In this document: piece after piece, positions 28,001 through 41,181 of the stretch
Layout of the letters: every line of letters begins with the position of its first letter
How positions within the stretch are numbered: the first letter of the stretch is position 1
Source: Entomortierella parvispora E1425
Taxonomy: Eukaryota; Fungi; Mortierellomycota
NCBI GenBank assembly: GCA_020891255.1
Contig: BQFW01000008.1
Location: 3,224,001 to 3,288,000 of the forward strand
Direction of reading: 5' to 3'
DNA length: 64,000 bases
Program-made: the position numbers and the translations under genes
The notes under the pieces: model-generated
Told to the model about the DNA's origin: nothing
Databases searched by the model: none
What the model saw: the letters and a program-made list of their open reading frames with translations, nothing else

Positions 28001-31000
28001 GTTGTCCTTTACGAAACTCCGTTTGACCAAAGGGGAATCCGGGTTGGGCTCCTTTTTTGGTTTATCGGCTGCCTCAATCTCTACCATCCATCCCGATTCA
28101 AAACTGAAAGTGGAGGGTGTGCGCTTGTGTCGTTTCGCGTCAGGTTCCACCTCCTGCAGCTTGATGCCCGCCCGTTTTAATGGCTCATAGATAGCACGAC
28201 TGACTCCATATTCCAGGATCGATCTGTGGATGAAGCCAAATCGACTGCCATTGCGTGTTATTGGCATCGCCTTCTGCAAAAGTCGAATCTCGTCATCTTT
28301 TCGGCCAAAGAATTTTTCTTTCCATGTCAGTTGGTCCCGCGCCTTAGAGTAGTCGACCACGGGTGTTCCATTCTGCTCCTTGTAGATCGCGGCAGACAGA
28401 TCCTTGAGGTATACAAGACCCTGCTGAGTAAAGCCGTCGTCTGATAGACTCTCGAATGCTTCCTTCTCCTTGTCGCTTAAATCCTGCGCAGCAAGCCTCT
28501 TCTTATTCCGTTCCAGCCATTGTGCCACGAACTCGTCATAGAGCAGGACACGAGTGATTTTGTTTGCGGCAAGTTTTTGACCTGGACTGGTAAGTCGTGG
28601 TAACACCTCCAATGACAGTGTCAGTAGGAATGGGTTCTTGACGAGCTCCTGTAAACTAGGAATCTGGTCCAGAACGCCTTCATAGTCGGATGCTTCCCAA
28701 AGTGGTCTCTTGATTTGCACATACTGAGCAATGTATTCCTTGACTTGTCCCATTGAGAAGGGGATCAGAACTGCCTGCATGAGCAAACTGGGGTCCGATG
28801 GATTTGCTAAACTTGGCTGGAAAAGGTCGAGATAGTCTTGACCGACGCGCTCGCTTCGGCAACTGACAACCATTTGTACTTTCCACCCACCGTCTTGATT
28901 CCAGCCATTTGACTCATAAAGGTTCTGAGTCTGCTGACTTTCGTCATAGCCATCGCAAATGACCACAAATTCGCGGTCTTTGAGCTCCCGGATCTGCGAC
29001 TCATTAAACTCACAGAGACGTAGATGTTTCGCAATAAGATCCCTGTCAGGGCGTTCGATGGCGGGAAGACTGATAAGCAGTGGGATTCGTCCCGTTCTGG
29101 GCTTATACGCGTTCCAAAGTTTGAGGTCAAGTTCGCGGTTGAATGTCGTCTTTCCAACTCCTGAGTCTCCGAGGAGAAGCAACACCTTCTGGTCGCCTTT
29201 CAAAAACTTGTTTACCTCAGGAGTAAGTGGGTATGCTTCTTCATCCGCCGCCTGAAGATGCGCCTTGGCTAATGGAGGGACATATACGGTGCCACCCCTT
29301 TCTGTGACGCGCTGGCGAGCAATCCGACGTAGATCCGCTTCGACGTCCGTCCGTTTCAGCACACGATCGAGTAAAGACGGGGATGCTAGCTCCAAGAGAC
29401 CTGATTTTACCAGTGACTGAGTTGGGGTGATCGTAGCAGAGATCCTGTAAATATCCTGCTTAGTTGCATCCCCGTCTGTGGCTAGAACTTCGAGCAACGG
29501 AGCAGCTATCACAGTAAGGTTTGTCAGGGCTTGATTCAATGCAAAAAAAAAAAAAAAAAAAAATAGTCGTGAAATACCTTCGAGATCATTGTCCATCTTA
29601 GAAAGTTGCCTGAGGATATCGAGGATGTAGCCTTTGACAGGAAGATGTAGACCCCACGTGGTGTCACCACGATAGATCTCCTCAAGGAACTGCACTGATC
29701 CTTGACGTGTTTCAATGCCCCACAAGCGGTTTGCAGCTAGGTTGCCTAACCGTTGGCAAACGCCCCACTGGAAATAAAGCTCTCGTCGGCATGGTGCCTC
29801 ACAGATAAGAACTCTGAGCTTGGCGAGCTCCCCTCCATCGATCAACGTATCTGCTCCCCGGAGAGCAGAGTACCAGGCACGTTTGCGATTGAGCGTGAGT
29901 GCATCCTTCAAACTGGCAGTCAGGTCCTGTCCGCTCTCCACGACTGCACTAACACCCTCGTATGCGGTCTGGCCCAAAGCGAAGATTTGTTGGACTCCCT
30001 CAAACCCTTTCTGGATATCCTGTAGGCCGGATAAGAATCCATTGAGATCAAGTCCCTTGACAGCGCTGACCAAGCCTGAAATCCCTTTCACGACTGCTGT
30101 AGTCCTCCTCACTGTCGCTTGCCAGGGTGATTCGTCATCCGGAACGCAAAGCAGGGCCTGGAATGCATAGGATGAGTAATACTTGAGGTAAGGATCACTG
30201 CTCCCCTGGAGACCGCCGAGGAAGGCTAAAAGGGGACCATGGAGTTCCTCTCTTTTCAATCCTGTCACCTTGATATCGGCCATGGCATCCAAAACACTCG
30301 AGACTGCCATAGTTAACTCGAAGATTTGATCGGGCGACTGTTCATGTGTTTCCTGAAGACGGCTGCTCATTGGTGTAAGAACTTCGATTAGATCCTGTGC
30401 ATGCAAGTGACCTGGAGAGGCGCCTTGCAGCAAGCGTGCCAAACCTCGGAGCGCTCCTTTATCCAGGATTCTTGATCCATCCATGTTTTTGAGGAATTGA
30501 CCAAGCAGGAACCGAAAATCGTCCTCGCCGAGAATAGGAACAAGACAGAGAACCTCGGCGATCGCTTTCTTGTCTTTGATCTCGTCTCGAGTGAACGCCC
30601 TGATAATGTCTGTAGCCATTGTCTCCAGTCTGGCCTTTTCGTCCACATTTCGAGAAGTTTCCTTAAGCCATTTTTGCGCAACTGGGTCTAGGGCATCCTC
30701 GGGTAGTTCTTCCGTACCCTGCTTTAAGAGACTCAAGCATGAGACGAGCTGGGGTGTACTTTCTACTCGACCATCAGGCTTTGGGAATGTCCATGGTGAG
30801 GCGGGGGGACTTGTGTCTTTAGGAAAAACACTTCTAGGAACAGTCGCAAAGTCGGTAGCCCCTGCAAACTTGGACACCGAGCCTGCAGTATCCTGTTTAC
30901 TTACACGGGATCCACTATAAAAACAAGGAGGAGTTTGTTATTTGCACTAATTGTGCTTGGAAAGTCCAAGCATCATCCTCTCAAGTCGTTACCTCCATTT

Positions 31001-31306
31001 GTTTGCTCTCCTGCGACTGGCTTCTGCTTTCTCTGCGAGCTCCAGTTCCGCAACTAAATTAGCATGCTCCAAATACGCGTTCGCGATATCCTGCTGGAGC
31101 TGAAGCGTCTGGCTGTCCTCATTCTTTCTACTAGAACTTGGTCGCTTGACGAGGCTCCTCATATTACCGAGTACGGTGTCCGCGTAGTCGCACCAGATTA
31201 TTTTCATCGCATCGTCTTTTGACTCTCGAGCGTGTGTAAGATGAACTTTGGCGAGCTCCAGTGCCTTTTGCGCCGAGAGGGCGTTTTTTGGTCTAAAGTC
31301 GAACAT
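25028..31306 (-). CDS. NLR-like protein: helical/ARM-like N-terminus, NACHT, pentapeptide repeats, about 16 WD40
   Basis: Walker A LLGDSGVGKTT and Walker B VICDGYDE. Pentapeptides GQDLRGIRVPGADLS...ANLQNAQM and many GH...WD repeats. Exons 31306-30992, 30914-29578 and 29505-25028. Confidence 0.92.
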
Positions 31307-32378
31307 GTTTCGTTCTGCAAGGACAGAATGTCAGTTCAAAATTCCTGGATTCGACCTTGTTATCTTGGAAGCAATTGACTTACCAAAACTGCCACACGGC
31401 GGACAATTGTAAGGGGAGGTTTAAGGCCGGGAGAAAGAAAACGAGCTGAAAGACAAGCAGTTCTGTCTATTGTACCAAGAAGATAGCTTAGAATTGATGT
31501 TGGTTCGACCATCTTCGAAACGACGTGTAATCTCATGCAATCTCATGCAAGAATGAAACCATTGCTTTCGCTATTCACATCGTCCAATGAAATCGTGAAT
31601 TCAATGCTAATTTGCTAATGCCCAAATTGCTACGTACCAAAGGCTGAGAATAATGCGGAAGGGGGAATGATGATGAAAGGGGGGAGAAACGCCCGTTTTT
31701 GTTCCGTTGCTCTCTTGGCCCGGGGGCTAAACCACTGGACTTGAGCAAGCTCAAACCATGGTCCCGCGCCACATTGGAGAGCACTCATAGCAGAAGTTTG
31801 TGTCCACGGCATGAGAGGTCCCAGCGCGTTCCTGGACAGGTCGGAGTATCAAAGCGACGCGAAAGGTCTGTAAGAGCGGAGCCACACGCAGGACGCTCTA
31901 TGGATCGTACTCGGCACTTGCCGGCTATCCTACTGCAAGAAGTGTTACAAGGGTTGATGCCTCTGATCGGGGTCGTAGAAAAAGAGAAAAATCTTGATTC
32001 ATGATCTCCAGTATTTCGAAGGGGGGGTTTTTTTTTTTTTTTTTTTTTTTTGGTGGCGTATTTTCTCACATGAAGGCTACATGGCAGTAAATGGTCAAAG
32101 GCCGTTGCCGGGTGTGGTTCGTCCTCAAAAGATTCAATTCTGGGTAATACCGGGGGGTGTCCTCAACAAAAGGGGCCAAGTCGACGTGTCAACAGCGATG
32201 CAATTCCTGCACCAAGTGTCGATAGACGATCAATCAGGTCAGGTATAATATGAAGCTTTATTCTTAGTGTCTGTGTACGCATTAAACGATATAGGCGATG
32301 CGGATGGTGATGATTGTGAGAATAATAGTGAGGATAATAACGAGGGCAATGCTGGGAATGATTACGAATCGACTGTAA

Positions 32379-33018
32379 TCAAATCAAGCACAGGGCAAAC
32401 AGGCACGAGCCAAAAGTCACAAGCAGAGCAGGCAACGCCGACGAGGCGGCATTCTTGGTATCTGCTCGCTTGTGAAGAGTTGATGGGCCAGATTCCTCAG
32501 TCTTGTGGGAAGACCTGCTAGGGCCACCAGCACAGCTGATCGTGAACTTTTCGGACTCGAAGGTGGGGGGAGCGCCATCCTTGGACAATTGGATGAAGAA
32601 ATCCTAAAGGGTGGAAATGAATGTCAGACGAGGTGGACTTGAATCATTACGAGTTGCAAAGCCATCGAGCTCGGGAACATATATCAAAAGGCATGGCTGT
32701 TACCTTTCCACACTGGACAATGTCCTTTGGAAGCGTGTACGAGAGTGTGTGGGAGGCATCGAAGTTTGAAGCAATCTCGCTAACAACACCGTCACTGAGG
32801 CAGATGTCCCCGGTCGAACATTTGCCGCCAAGAACCATCAAGCTGACTTTCCATTGTTGGCCTTCATCTTTCTCGGTAGGTGTGAATTCAATATCGTAGG
32901 TATTGCCCTTGGTCCAGACAGACTGGGCGTTTGGATGGACGAAGACGACTGAGCCTGAGACGAGAACCGAGGCTTGAATGGCGAGCAAAAGGGCAAGGAC
33001 GGAAGTAGAGAACTGCAT
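32379..33018 (-). CDS. Small secreted, probably GPI-anchored protein (Kre9/Ser-Thr-rich GPI N-terminal Ig-like type)
   Basis: Signal peptide, then VFVHPNAQSVWTKGNTYDIEF. One intron; hydrophobic C-terminus NAASSALPALLVTFGSCLFALCLI. Confidence 0.75.
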
Positions 33019-33465
33019 TTTGTGATGGTCTTGCGAGGTCTTGGTAAATTATGAAGTGAGGTAGGGATGATGTTGCTGCTGTAGATGTTGTGGATGTTGT
33101 TGATGAGAGACGAAAAACGACGGGCGGGCATGCCCTTTATATTCACAGGACGGGCACTCTGAGATCGCAATAGATCAAAAAAATATGGAAAGAGGTCGAC
33201 TGGCTGAACAGTCGGAGTCTGTATGCAGTGTTTCGTTGGGTAACGATGAACGTGGGCTAGAGGGAGAGAATGAGCAAAGGACGCGAAGCTGATGGGGGTG
33301 GGGGTAATGGGAAGATGGGAAGAATGGAAGGTCCAAAAAGAAGACGAACCATGCAGCTGTGCCCCTCCGCACACGGACCTCGTACGTCTTTTTTTTTGAG
33401 TACAGCACTCGACAGTCACACGTTCGTTCATGGGAAGTGGTGCATTCGCCCAAGTTTTTATTGTA

Positions 33466-34436
33466 TCAGAGGGCTCCCAGTGAATCTATTTCGACGTCCA
33501 CGTTCGGCGCATCAGGCAACGCCTGAGCCAAATCCAACAACGGATCATCGTCGCTGTTTAGACCTCCTTCGACCTCTGAGGGATCCTCTGCGCAACCGCA
33601 TTGGTACACATTCTCTAGCGTGCTGCAATCAAACTCGGCCTTGCCGAGTCGGATGTTTACGATATTGTGGATGCTGCACGCCCAGTTGGAAAGTGCCGCG
33701 CGCGAAGAAGTCTGCGGCGGGTGGTCCTTCAACATGCGCTGGAAATGATTCGCACTATCGTCGGGAAGAGAAATCGTTCGAGAGAGGGAATTGAACAAGA
33801 ACCAGGAGAAGACAGAACGTTCAAAGTCAGTTCCTTTGTTTGTTGCATGTTCTGTTGGTACGTGCATGCTTGTTCGTTCGGACCAAACTTCGCAAGCACG
33901 GCGAGACATCAACATTACCATTCACCACATGGATACAACCGTGAGAGTAAAAATATCCACTGTTTTACTGCCGCACGTTCATCCGCCTTCGGTTTCTCCG
34001 GGTATCTTGAGGCCATAGTATGCAGCAACTTCCAGGTGGCCCGTCCCAACTCAGCCCTAAAGAACCAACACAAAGACACAATTGGTGCCTACCGTTATTA
34101 GTCTTCCGTCCTTTCCTTTATCTGCAGTAGCAGGAGTACATTGTTGCAGCAGAGTATTGATTCACCAACGATACGTTACTTTGCTGTAGCATTGCCAAGT
34201 TTGGGCATGATAACTCCTCCATCATTAAGAGTCGGGTCCATTAATATAGGATTGTTGGGGGTCCGTTCGTAACCGCTTCCACCAGCACGTTGTAGCTGTT
34301 CTTGTTGTTTGGGGGAAAGGTTGTTTTTGGAATTGAGGAGGTACAGTGATGGGATCGTGATAAGGCCTATGAAACAAATGGCGAGGATCGCAATTGGGGT
34401 ACGAAGCCGAAACAGCCGCGTGAGAGGGTATGACAT
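33466..34436 (-). CDS. ERV2: FAD-linked sulfhydryl oxidase Erv2
   Basis: N-terminal TM anchor, IMPKLGNATAK-AELGRATWKLLH, YPCGEC, WACSIHNIVNIRLGK.EFDC and a CGC tail motif. Confidence 0.92.
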
Positions 34437-34644
34437 GGCGATGCAGGAGTGAAAAGAAGTCTGTTCACTCAATAGTATGATGTGTTGTGATGAGGTGGAG
34501 AGACGTTGCGGTGTGGCCAATGGACGCAAAAAAAAAAAAAAAAAGATGCATGTCAACAAAGCACGTGACCGTATGGGGGGGGGGTGAGTCCCTTTTTGTT
34601 TGCAATGCCACCATTGTTGTCCAACTAATCACCTTTCTGCAGTC

Positions 34645-35382
34645 ATGGTCCGTTTCAAGAATCGATACCTCCTTTTTGAGATCATCTACGCAGACACGCC
34701 TCTAGGATGGACATCCATCCCTGCTACTGCCTCGTCAGCATTGGGCTCTTCATTGCAGAGCCATCCAGGATCAAATCAAAGCCCTTTTGGTGACACAGGA
34801 AGGAACAATTGCCGACTTCCGCCTCTGGCTAATAAGGATCTTGTCTATGCGATCAAGGACTCTATAGCCGAGAACTTCGGTGACTATGGGGCAGGGATTA
34901 CACAAAGACCCATGACCTGTAAGTGTTTCATCGTCGATGGATTTCCTACAGCAGTAATTTGTATTAACTGAACTGAGGTGATTTTCGTTTTGCCAGTGAA
35001 ATATTTTTCGCCGCATACCAACATTGGCATCCTGAGGATATCAAGGGAGGAGGTTCATATCGTCTGGGGCGCCCTAACCTTCATGAAAGAGTTGAAAGGC
35101 AGGCCTTGCATCATCAAAGTCCTTCATACATCAGGTATTTTTTGAAATCCATTGTAATCGTCACATATTTGCACATCGACTTGGATGTCGTTTAACATTT
35201 TTTTAAAACATGGACATGTAGGTACGATCAAAAAGTGCCAGTTGATGACTATCAAGTACGATCGGGACAGGATCATGTACCTCAGGAATCAGGCTCAGTT
35301 ATTGAAGGACACTCAAACATATACGCAGCTCGGACTCGCGTTCAAAGACTCTGCAGACGAGGTGAACTCGATAGAGATCTGA
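34645..35382 (+). CDS. POP5: RNase P/MRP subunit Pop5
   Basis: MVRFKNRYLLFEI, FGDYGAG, KYFSPHTNIGILR and SGTIKKC motifs. Two coding introns and a probable 5'UTR intron. Confidence 0.92.
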
Positions 35383-35445
35383 GCAAGCAAACGCTCTCCC
35401 TTGTATATAGTGATGGTTGTGTATGGTACATGTATATTAAAAGAT

Positions 35446-36321
35446 CTACAAGCGCTCCAAACCCTTTGAGGTTGCCGAGGTGACCTTGGCAGCAGCAGCA
35501 TCGTCCAGGAACCAAGTGAGTGTGCCCATAGCGGTAGGCTTGACAAGCTGAGCTGGTAAATCACCCTGCGAATCCAGGATCTGATGGAGCATATCCTGCT
35601 TTCCAGCGCCTGCGGCCACGAAGGCAATATGGTGGGCATGGTTCACCACAGGCAAAGTCAAGGTGATCCTGGACGAAGGGGGCTTGGGCGAATCTTCAAT
35701 TGAAGCGCACCAGGCTGTCTTCTCCTCCAAGAGTTCATGTCCAGGGAAGAGCGAGCAGGTGTGACCGTCGGGTCCAACTCCCAGCAGGATCAAGTCGAAA
35801 ACGGGGAAGCGAACGGAATCTTTGGTGGCGAAGACCTTGGCCAGCTGAGAGATGTAATCCTCTGCAGCTTCCGAAGGGTCATTGACGAGGTCTGAGTCGA
35901 TGGTGTAGATTTGTTCACGGGGCAACGTGGGAACATGGTCAAAGAGGTAGGTTTTGGCAAGGAGGTAGTTTGAGTCCTCGTGGTCCAAAGGCACGCAGCG
36001 CTCATCCGCAAAGAAGACGTGCCAGTGTGCCTATAGTTCATGACACATGGGAAATGGGTCAGAAGGATGAGCCAAGAAGATATTAAATAGGTGTCTTATC
36101 GCGTTTGTCGCGCAACAATCTTCCCGTCGCTATCTTACAAAATCAATGGAAGAGTCCTTGGCGAGGTTCGCGAGTTGCTTGGGGAGAGAGCCACCTGAGA
36201 GGGCGATAGTGAACTTGCCGTGGCGCTTGATAGACTCCTTGGAGATCCTGGCAACGTAGTGCGCGAGGCCTTCAGAAAGAGCAGCGACGTCTGGGAAGGT
36301 GATGATCTGAGTAGGCGACAT
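35446..36321 (-). CDS. 6-phosphogluconolactonase (SOL/PGLS family)
   Basis: IALSGGSLPK, FFADERCVPLDHEDSNY, DLILLGVGPDGHTCSLFP and DSPKPPSSRITLTLP motifs. Confidence 0.95.
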
Positions 36322-36829
36322 TTGAGATGGGGAAGTTGTAATGGAGGCAAAGGTGGAGGGAGTTTTTTTTCTTCTCCCACACCCACACCGAGACGTCATT
36401 TTTGTTTCAAGGTGTACCCTTAATTTCACATCTCACAACCATAACTGACAGCGCCCTCCAGCGCCAGATGACAAAAGAAAAAAAAATGACGCAGAGGCCA
36501 CGCCAGATTGGATGCCATTTGACCATTTCGACGAGAGCCACGGGCACACAACTGGCCCAATGCAGTTGCGCCTCCGCCGGTTCGAATGCTGCCTCTTGCT
36601 GGGCCGCAGTCATAACTGCCTGCGCGCGGTATAATCACGTGATCAAATGCTCCATTGATCCACTTCATGGAACGCCACAGAAGCATTTTTTTCCTCTGCT
36701 TAAAAGGAAAGGGCGATCATTGCATCTTTCTTCATCAACACCAACCCAAACATCACCTCCCTATCAGTTTGATTCGGACCACCAACACTCACAACACACT
36801 CACCTCCCCAACACACTTTATCTACCATC

Positions 36830-37347
36830 ATGTCTGGAAACGTCGGCTGGGATGACGAAATCGTCCTCCGCAAGAGATCTGATCACGCCAAGGTCACTCG
36901 TTCTGCCTCCGATATCAATGCTGCCCGTCGTGCTGGCGCTGTCGTCTCGACTGAGCGCAAGGTCGTCACAAACGCTGGACATGTTGGAGATGATTTCCGC
37001 CGTATCGCCAAGGTCGCTGAGACTGATGAGATCATCGCCCCCAAGGTCGTCTCCATGGATGTTGGAAAGGCCATTGCCAAGGCTCGCATGGAACTCAAGA
37101 TGAACCAGAAGGATCTCGGTGTCAAGGTCAACGAGAGACAGACTGTCGTAAGTGCATGACTATTAAACTGTACTGTTGTACATGAGGATCATCAAGTTCA
37201 TAAAGCTAAATTACTATCTCAACTACCAATGCATAGATCAACGATTATGAGGCTGGACGTGCTGTCCCCAACCAGCAGATTCTTGCAAAGTTGGAGCGTG
37301 TCCTCGGTGTCAAGCTTCGCGGCAAGAACATTGGAGAGAAGAAGTAA
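36830..37347 (+). CDS. MBF1: Multiprotein bridging factor 1
   Basis: [33 protein letters not shown], then after one intron [29 protein letters not shown]. Confidence 0.95.
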
Positions 37348-37679
37348 ATATGGGAGAATCGACATCTCATCGCACTGGTCCGCTCCTGTTTGCCTGCTAG
37401 AATTTATGGAATAGCAGCTGCGGCACATTTCAAGCGATTCGCACCTCAAAGCACTTTTTAGAATGACAAATCTTGCAGGCAGCCTCTTTTTGTTGGAGAG
37501 TACTGTATTCTCAACGTTCTTGACTTGGCCCTTGCGCTCTGTAAATAAATAATCATATAGACCATACAAACTGAGGAAGGGCAATGGTCTTTTGTGTCCC
37601 AGGCATAAGCCACCAAATGGCCAAAAAGGGCTGACACCTCTGACAGGCGCATCTCTTTCTTGCTTCGACCGTGCTCACC

Positions 37680-40600
37680 ATGACCCCCAGCAGGACGATT
37701 CTGATTCTTGACCATAGTCCTGCAGCGTGCCGAACACCGAGCCATGAGAGCTCCACGGGGACAGGCGATGGTGTGTACCCCGACTTTCACCCTTTGGAAT
37801 GATGCAGACTTCAGGAGATACTGGCCCCCCTACCCCCCACAGGAAGACGCGTTCATTCTAACTGACTGTATTTTAATTGCCAATAGAGGATGACTTTGAA
37901 CTGGATCCTTGCACCATGTGGATGAGCTTTATGGATGCTGCATTGCATTACACACGACTGTCGTTGGAGTTGGCTCCAATCGGAAGAAAAACTCAGGTGC
38001 GGCCTCTGGAGACAAGACGGAGTTTTTGCGCCAACGCATACAATGGAGTCTGACCTGGGAAATGTGTAAACTTCGTTTTCTAGATCTCGGTGCATGCTGC
38101 CCCAGGAGTTACGCCCACAGGCCCCAGTGTCATTATCAACAACTGGACGGCAGAGGAACAAAGCTTGGACCATGTGGCTTCACAGTTGCAGGTGCTTCGA
38201 CAAGCGACAACGGCTGCAGCGGCATCGGCTGAAGACAGTTCCATGGAAGAGGAGCAGCAGCAAGGACATTGGATTGAGCAGGCGTTGCAGGGAGCTATTG
38301 CTCATATCTTGGAAACGTCTCCCATGACATCTGTTCCCACCGCTCCGCTGGCACCACCACCAGCATCGCAGAAAGGAGCAGCAGCACCTATACCCCCTGC
38401 CCCGGTGACTAGCTCTGTGGCGATGGCGGCCAACATTGTGATTGTCCTTGCAGATGAAGATCCTCGAAAGAAAGTGAAGGCAGAATCGCGGGATGTAGCC
38501 ATCAACGGGGGCGGTCGTGTCAATAGTGACCAGCAGGAGGACCAAGAGTCTGCATGGAGTTATGGTGATGGGGATCTCAGGAAGATGCTTTACTCTGTCC
38601 TCCACTCCCTGCGAGATGCTATCAAGAGTACCAAGTATGTAATTTCAGCTGGATCTTGAAGGCTATAATAAGATCGTAGCGCAGTATACTAACCCCTTAC
38701 TCTAACTTTCCAGGGTCCCAAATATCCATGTCGATTTCATCAGGATATCATCTAGTCAGGACTGCAAGAGGCTGGATGTTATTGGGAAAGACGTAAGGGG
38801 CTGTTGATTGTTTTTGACAAGTGCAGGACAAAAGCTCGGTTTTTGAATCGAGGCAGTTCTAACCCGATCTTTCTTGTTGTGCACAGATATCAAGAGTTTG
38901 TACGGCATCGGTATACACTGTCAAGACTGTGGATGATAGATCAACAACGGCTGCTCTCACGAATCACTTTCTTAGTCGAAATAAGGACGTGCACATTCTT
39001 CGCGTCCACAACATGAGTTTAACCAGTCGCACAAAGGACTTGCCGGTCGATGTGCTCTATCGTACAAGCCATATCAAGCCTAGAGTGCCAAAGGCAGAAA
39101 ACTCAGGAAGTGACACGAGTGATCATCGACAAAACTATTTACAGCACAAGTGGACCAATGTTAAGGAGCTGGAGCATGGCATATCATTCACAGAAGAAAC
39201 ACGTAAGGAGCGCGGATGAGATTTGTGTCCTGGACGCCATCACAAATAGATCGAATGCTGACTAGGATATCTCATCTGGTCTGCTAGGGTTACTTCCCAC
39301 AAAGTGCTTCCACCCCGCGGCAATATCTTCGCTGTCCCTGTCTGTCTCCTTCTACGCGGCTGTTTCGAATGGTATGTATTTTGCCATTAGAGAAAACCAC
39401 TGCTTTGGCTGTGTGGCGTGCTTTTCATGCATTTCTAACAAATCGCATCTCATCGTGTAGGCGCAATTCATCTGCTGAATGACGTGAAGTCGCCATATAT
39501 TGCTTCAATGGCGCTTTTGGATCGAGATGGACAGCTTTATATCCACTGTCTAGACCAAAGTGAGGACTCGCAGGAGTTTTCTCTATTTTCGTCTGTACAA
39601 CGGCCCGTGGATGTCTCTCAAAATCATCTGGAGGTTGGTGTTGGCAGGATGATAATAGTATATCGACACTCTCTTTTTTCTTGTTTGATGACTTACTTTG
39701 TTTTACAATGGGAATAGGATTTTGTTAAAGTCATCATTGGTCCGAATGAGATTTCCCCGGGACAGGAAGCCTTTGCCGCGGAAGGAAACAAGCTATCTAC
39801 CATAGTCCCCACCGCCCTCAAGCCGACCTTCAACCAGTCAGAGCCCAGGGGTGTAGATGACGAAAGCCCTAGTTCTTCAAGCGTGAACATGTCGTTAGTC
39901 AACACCACGTCGCGACTTGACCTGGAGACACGTTGGATGGTCCAATGGGAAGGGGAGCGCATTCACCCTATTCTTGTAAGCGGTTATCCTCTCTCGAGGT
40001 GCGACCTCATATTGGATCGGAAATGAACAGAGACTGATCACCATTTTCATTGTAGCCGGCCCATGAGTATCAACTCAAGCAGTTTCGAACCGCGATTTGC
40101 AGAGCCCAGGTGACGGCAGAGGGTCTCACCACCATCCAGTCTGTCCTGGACGCGTTGATATCAGATGCTCGTCCTCTTGCACTCCCTGGCGAGCACAACC
40201 CTCTGCCAGCAGGTGGAAAGATGAACTTGCAGCAGCAACGTTTACGAGAATGCGCACAGGCCGTTGTAGCGGACATATGGATGATAGGACAACGTTTCAA
40301 GACTGTTTCGACTAGTCATTTGGAGGTAAGAAGGGAATATTATATTGTCGCTAGGAGCTGCATAGGGTGGAATTAGAAGGACTCACACCAACTGTATATA
40401 TATAAAACAGGCGGCCAAGCTGATTGCGGGAAAAGTGACACCAAAGGGATTGGACCATCAAGCTGTAAAGAGGACATTGATCCCGCCCAAGCAACGGATG
40501 GCTATGGTTTCTGCTGAAATGGCAGCTAGTCCCAACGTGGGAGGAAGCATGAACGATGGCGGGTTTGGCCGTGGTCGAGGCGGCGCGCGGTCCTCTTTCA

Positions 40601-41181
40601 GCGCAAGAGGCGGTGCCATGGCAGGAGGAGCCGGTGTTGGCCGAGGTCGAGGAGGGCCAGGCGGGTTCCGAGGTGGGCACAGTGGTGGCATGGGTGGAAA
40701 TAGTCCAGTGTTAGGCGACGGTGGCAACTCGGACGGCACGATGGTTGTGACTGGTGAGAACGACATCATGTTGAGTATGACTGGTAAGACGCAGCCCGTT
40801 CCCTACCTGACAACGACTCCACCGACAAGGGACGAAATCGAAGAATCTGAGCAAGAATACCTGTCACAGTTGGGAGAAGATGGATGCTTGTTGAAAGCCT
40901 ACTGGGGCTCGCGAGGCGCTCAGGGGTCTTCTTTGGCGGTGGTGTTGAATTCAATGCATTCGCTCGATACTGTCGCCGGTCCCGTGGATACAGCAGCACC
41001 AAGGCAACCACAGCTGCATCAGCAGCAGCGCCCTGGAGGTCTGAAGAAAGGGAGTATCAAGCGACTCCGACTCCAGGATTTTGCAGGACGGACGCCTGTA
41101 GTTGAGAATGGCGGTCATTCCACCAACAGCAACCAAGTCGGCAGCTTTTCCAATATGTCCTCCCGTGCTGTCGACATGTAA
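37680..41181 (+). CDS. INTS13: Integrator subunit INTS13/Asunder homolog with RGG-rich insert, multi-exon
   Basis: The spliced product matches human INTS13 blocks in order (from memory): RTILILDHSP~KTVFVVDHCP; TMWMSFMDAALHYTRL~SLWTCSVESSMEYCRI; IINNWTAEEQSL~VLNSWTQEDQNL; MALLDRDGQLYIHCL~HMLSSHGGEIFLHVL; LQDFAGR~HQEFAGR. Confidence 0.8.

Noticed and set aside
29506-29577. Poly-Phe segment GISRLFFFFFFFALNQ in the 1949-aa NACHT ORF
   Set aside because: It is a 72-nt GT..AG intron that happens to be in frame and stop-free, not a TM helix.
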